DNA from: Malacoraja senta
Lineage: Eukaryota
Direction of reading: 5' to 3'
DNA: 64,000 nt
Assembly (NCBI GenBank): GCA_038087875.1
Contig: CM075991.1
Span: forward strand, 3,782,001-3,846,000
How positions within the stretch are numbered: position 1 is the stretch's first letter; each line of letters starts with the position of its first letter. The translations under genes were made by a program, and so were the position numbers. Of the stretch, positions 63,118 to 64,000 are shown piece by piece. Under the pieces are notes generated by a model, which saw only the letters and a list, made by a program, of their open reading frames with translations, was not told the origin of the DNA and searched no databases.

Positions 63118-63616
63118 GTAGGTGTGCAGAACGGTGGAGCAGCAGTAGAGTTGCTGCCCCACAGAGCCAGGGACCTGGGTTCAATCCTGACAGTGGGTGC
63201 TGTCTGTACGCAGTTTGTACATTCTCCCTGTGACCACGTGGGTTTTCTCCGGGTGCTTGGGTTTCCTCCCGCACTCCAGACATACAGGTTTGTACGTTAA
63301 TTGGCTTCTGTAAATTGTCCCTAGTGTTTAGGATGGTGTACAATTCGATCGCTGGTCGGCGTTGAATCGGTGAGCCGAAGGGCCTGTTTCCATGCTGTAT
63401 CTCAAGGGGGGGGGGGGGGGAGAGTCTGTTCCTTTCTGAGCCTGGAAGGGCAGCAACAGAAGAGGGGGGGGGGGGTGGTGGTGGAGATAAGGGGCACATG
63501 TTGGAAGTAAAATCTGTTTCACGCTGTGGGATCAGTTTTGTGGTTTAATTGAACTCCAGATCCTGGCCGACTGTTTGAATCGTTGGTTTCTTTCTCTTTG
63601 CTTTCCTCTCCCTTAG

Positions 63617-63711
63617 GCCAACTAAGTTGACGTGGGTGCTGCCAGATATCAAGGTGGAGGAGTCGGAGAGCCCACCTGACACCAGTGGTTCTACTGCACC
63701 TGATGATGCTA
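63617..63711 (+). CDS. RASSF2: RASSF2-type coding exon 4 (variable linker); gene continues beyond the window
   Basis: Long pyrimidine tract, ttag|g PTKLTWVLPDIKVEESESPPDTSGSTAPDDA a|gtaagc; phase 2 to phase 1, open frame. Confidence 0.75.
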
Positions 63712-64000
63712 GTAAGCCTGCTCGCAATGCAGTGGATGTATTGGGTCAACTTACCATTCACACCTGGACACCATGAGTGACCATAAGTGATGGGAGCAGA
63801 AATAGGCCATTCGGCCCATTAAATCGACTCTGCCATTGAACCATGACTGATATATCCCTCCCTCCTAACCCCATTCTCCTGCCTTCTCCCCATAACCTCT
63901 GACACCTGCGATGTCCCTGATATTTTATCTGGTTCCTGCAGTTTAATTTGGTTTAGAGATGCACCATGGAAACAAGGCTTTCAACCCACCAAGTCCACAT

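Overview
Repeat-rich vertebrate DNA. The HE1/V-SINE, CR1, Rex1 and Penelope repeats suggest a cartilaginous fish, probably a skate or ray (inference). There is a 200-N gap at 8123-8322. Positions ~1.7-41 kb hold a cluster of beta-microseminoprotein (MSMB/PSP94 family) genes, which I assembled by hand from splice sites. A(+) and C(+) have exons 1-3 only. B(+) and D(-) are complete. X(+) is an orphan exon 4 just after the gap. E(-) and F(+) are pseudogenes. G(-) is a long-intron, divergent copy with 8 Cys. Signal peptides are conserved while mature regions are highly diverged and the cysteine pattern is remodelled. From ~49.3 kb to the window end lies the 5' part of a RASSF2-type gene (+), with a non-coding exon and four coding exons. 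Mobile elements include a near full-length Tx1 LINE inside a (GA)n tract, Penelope fragments whose pseudo-LTRs carry minimal hammerhead motifs, a Gypsy 3' end, and a Helitron-like element with a satellite. The most unusual item is a 137-bp TSD-flanked retroelement (15637-15773, -) whose first 54 nt fold as a minimal, P4-less HDV/CPEB3-like ribozyme beginning exactly at the predicted cleavage-site G. All translations, counts and folds are manual; no searches were run.
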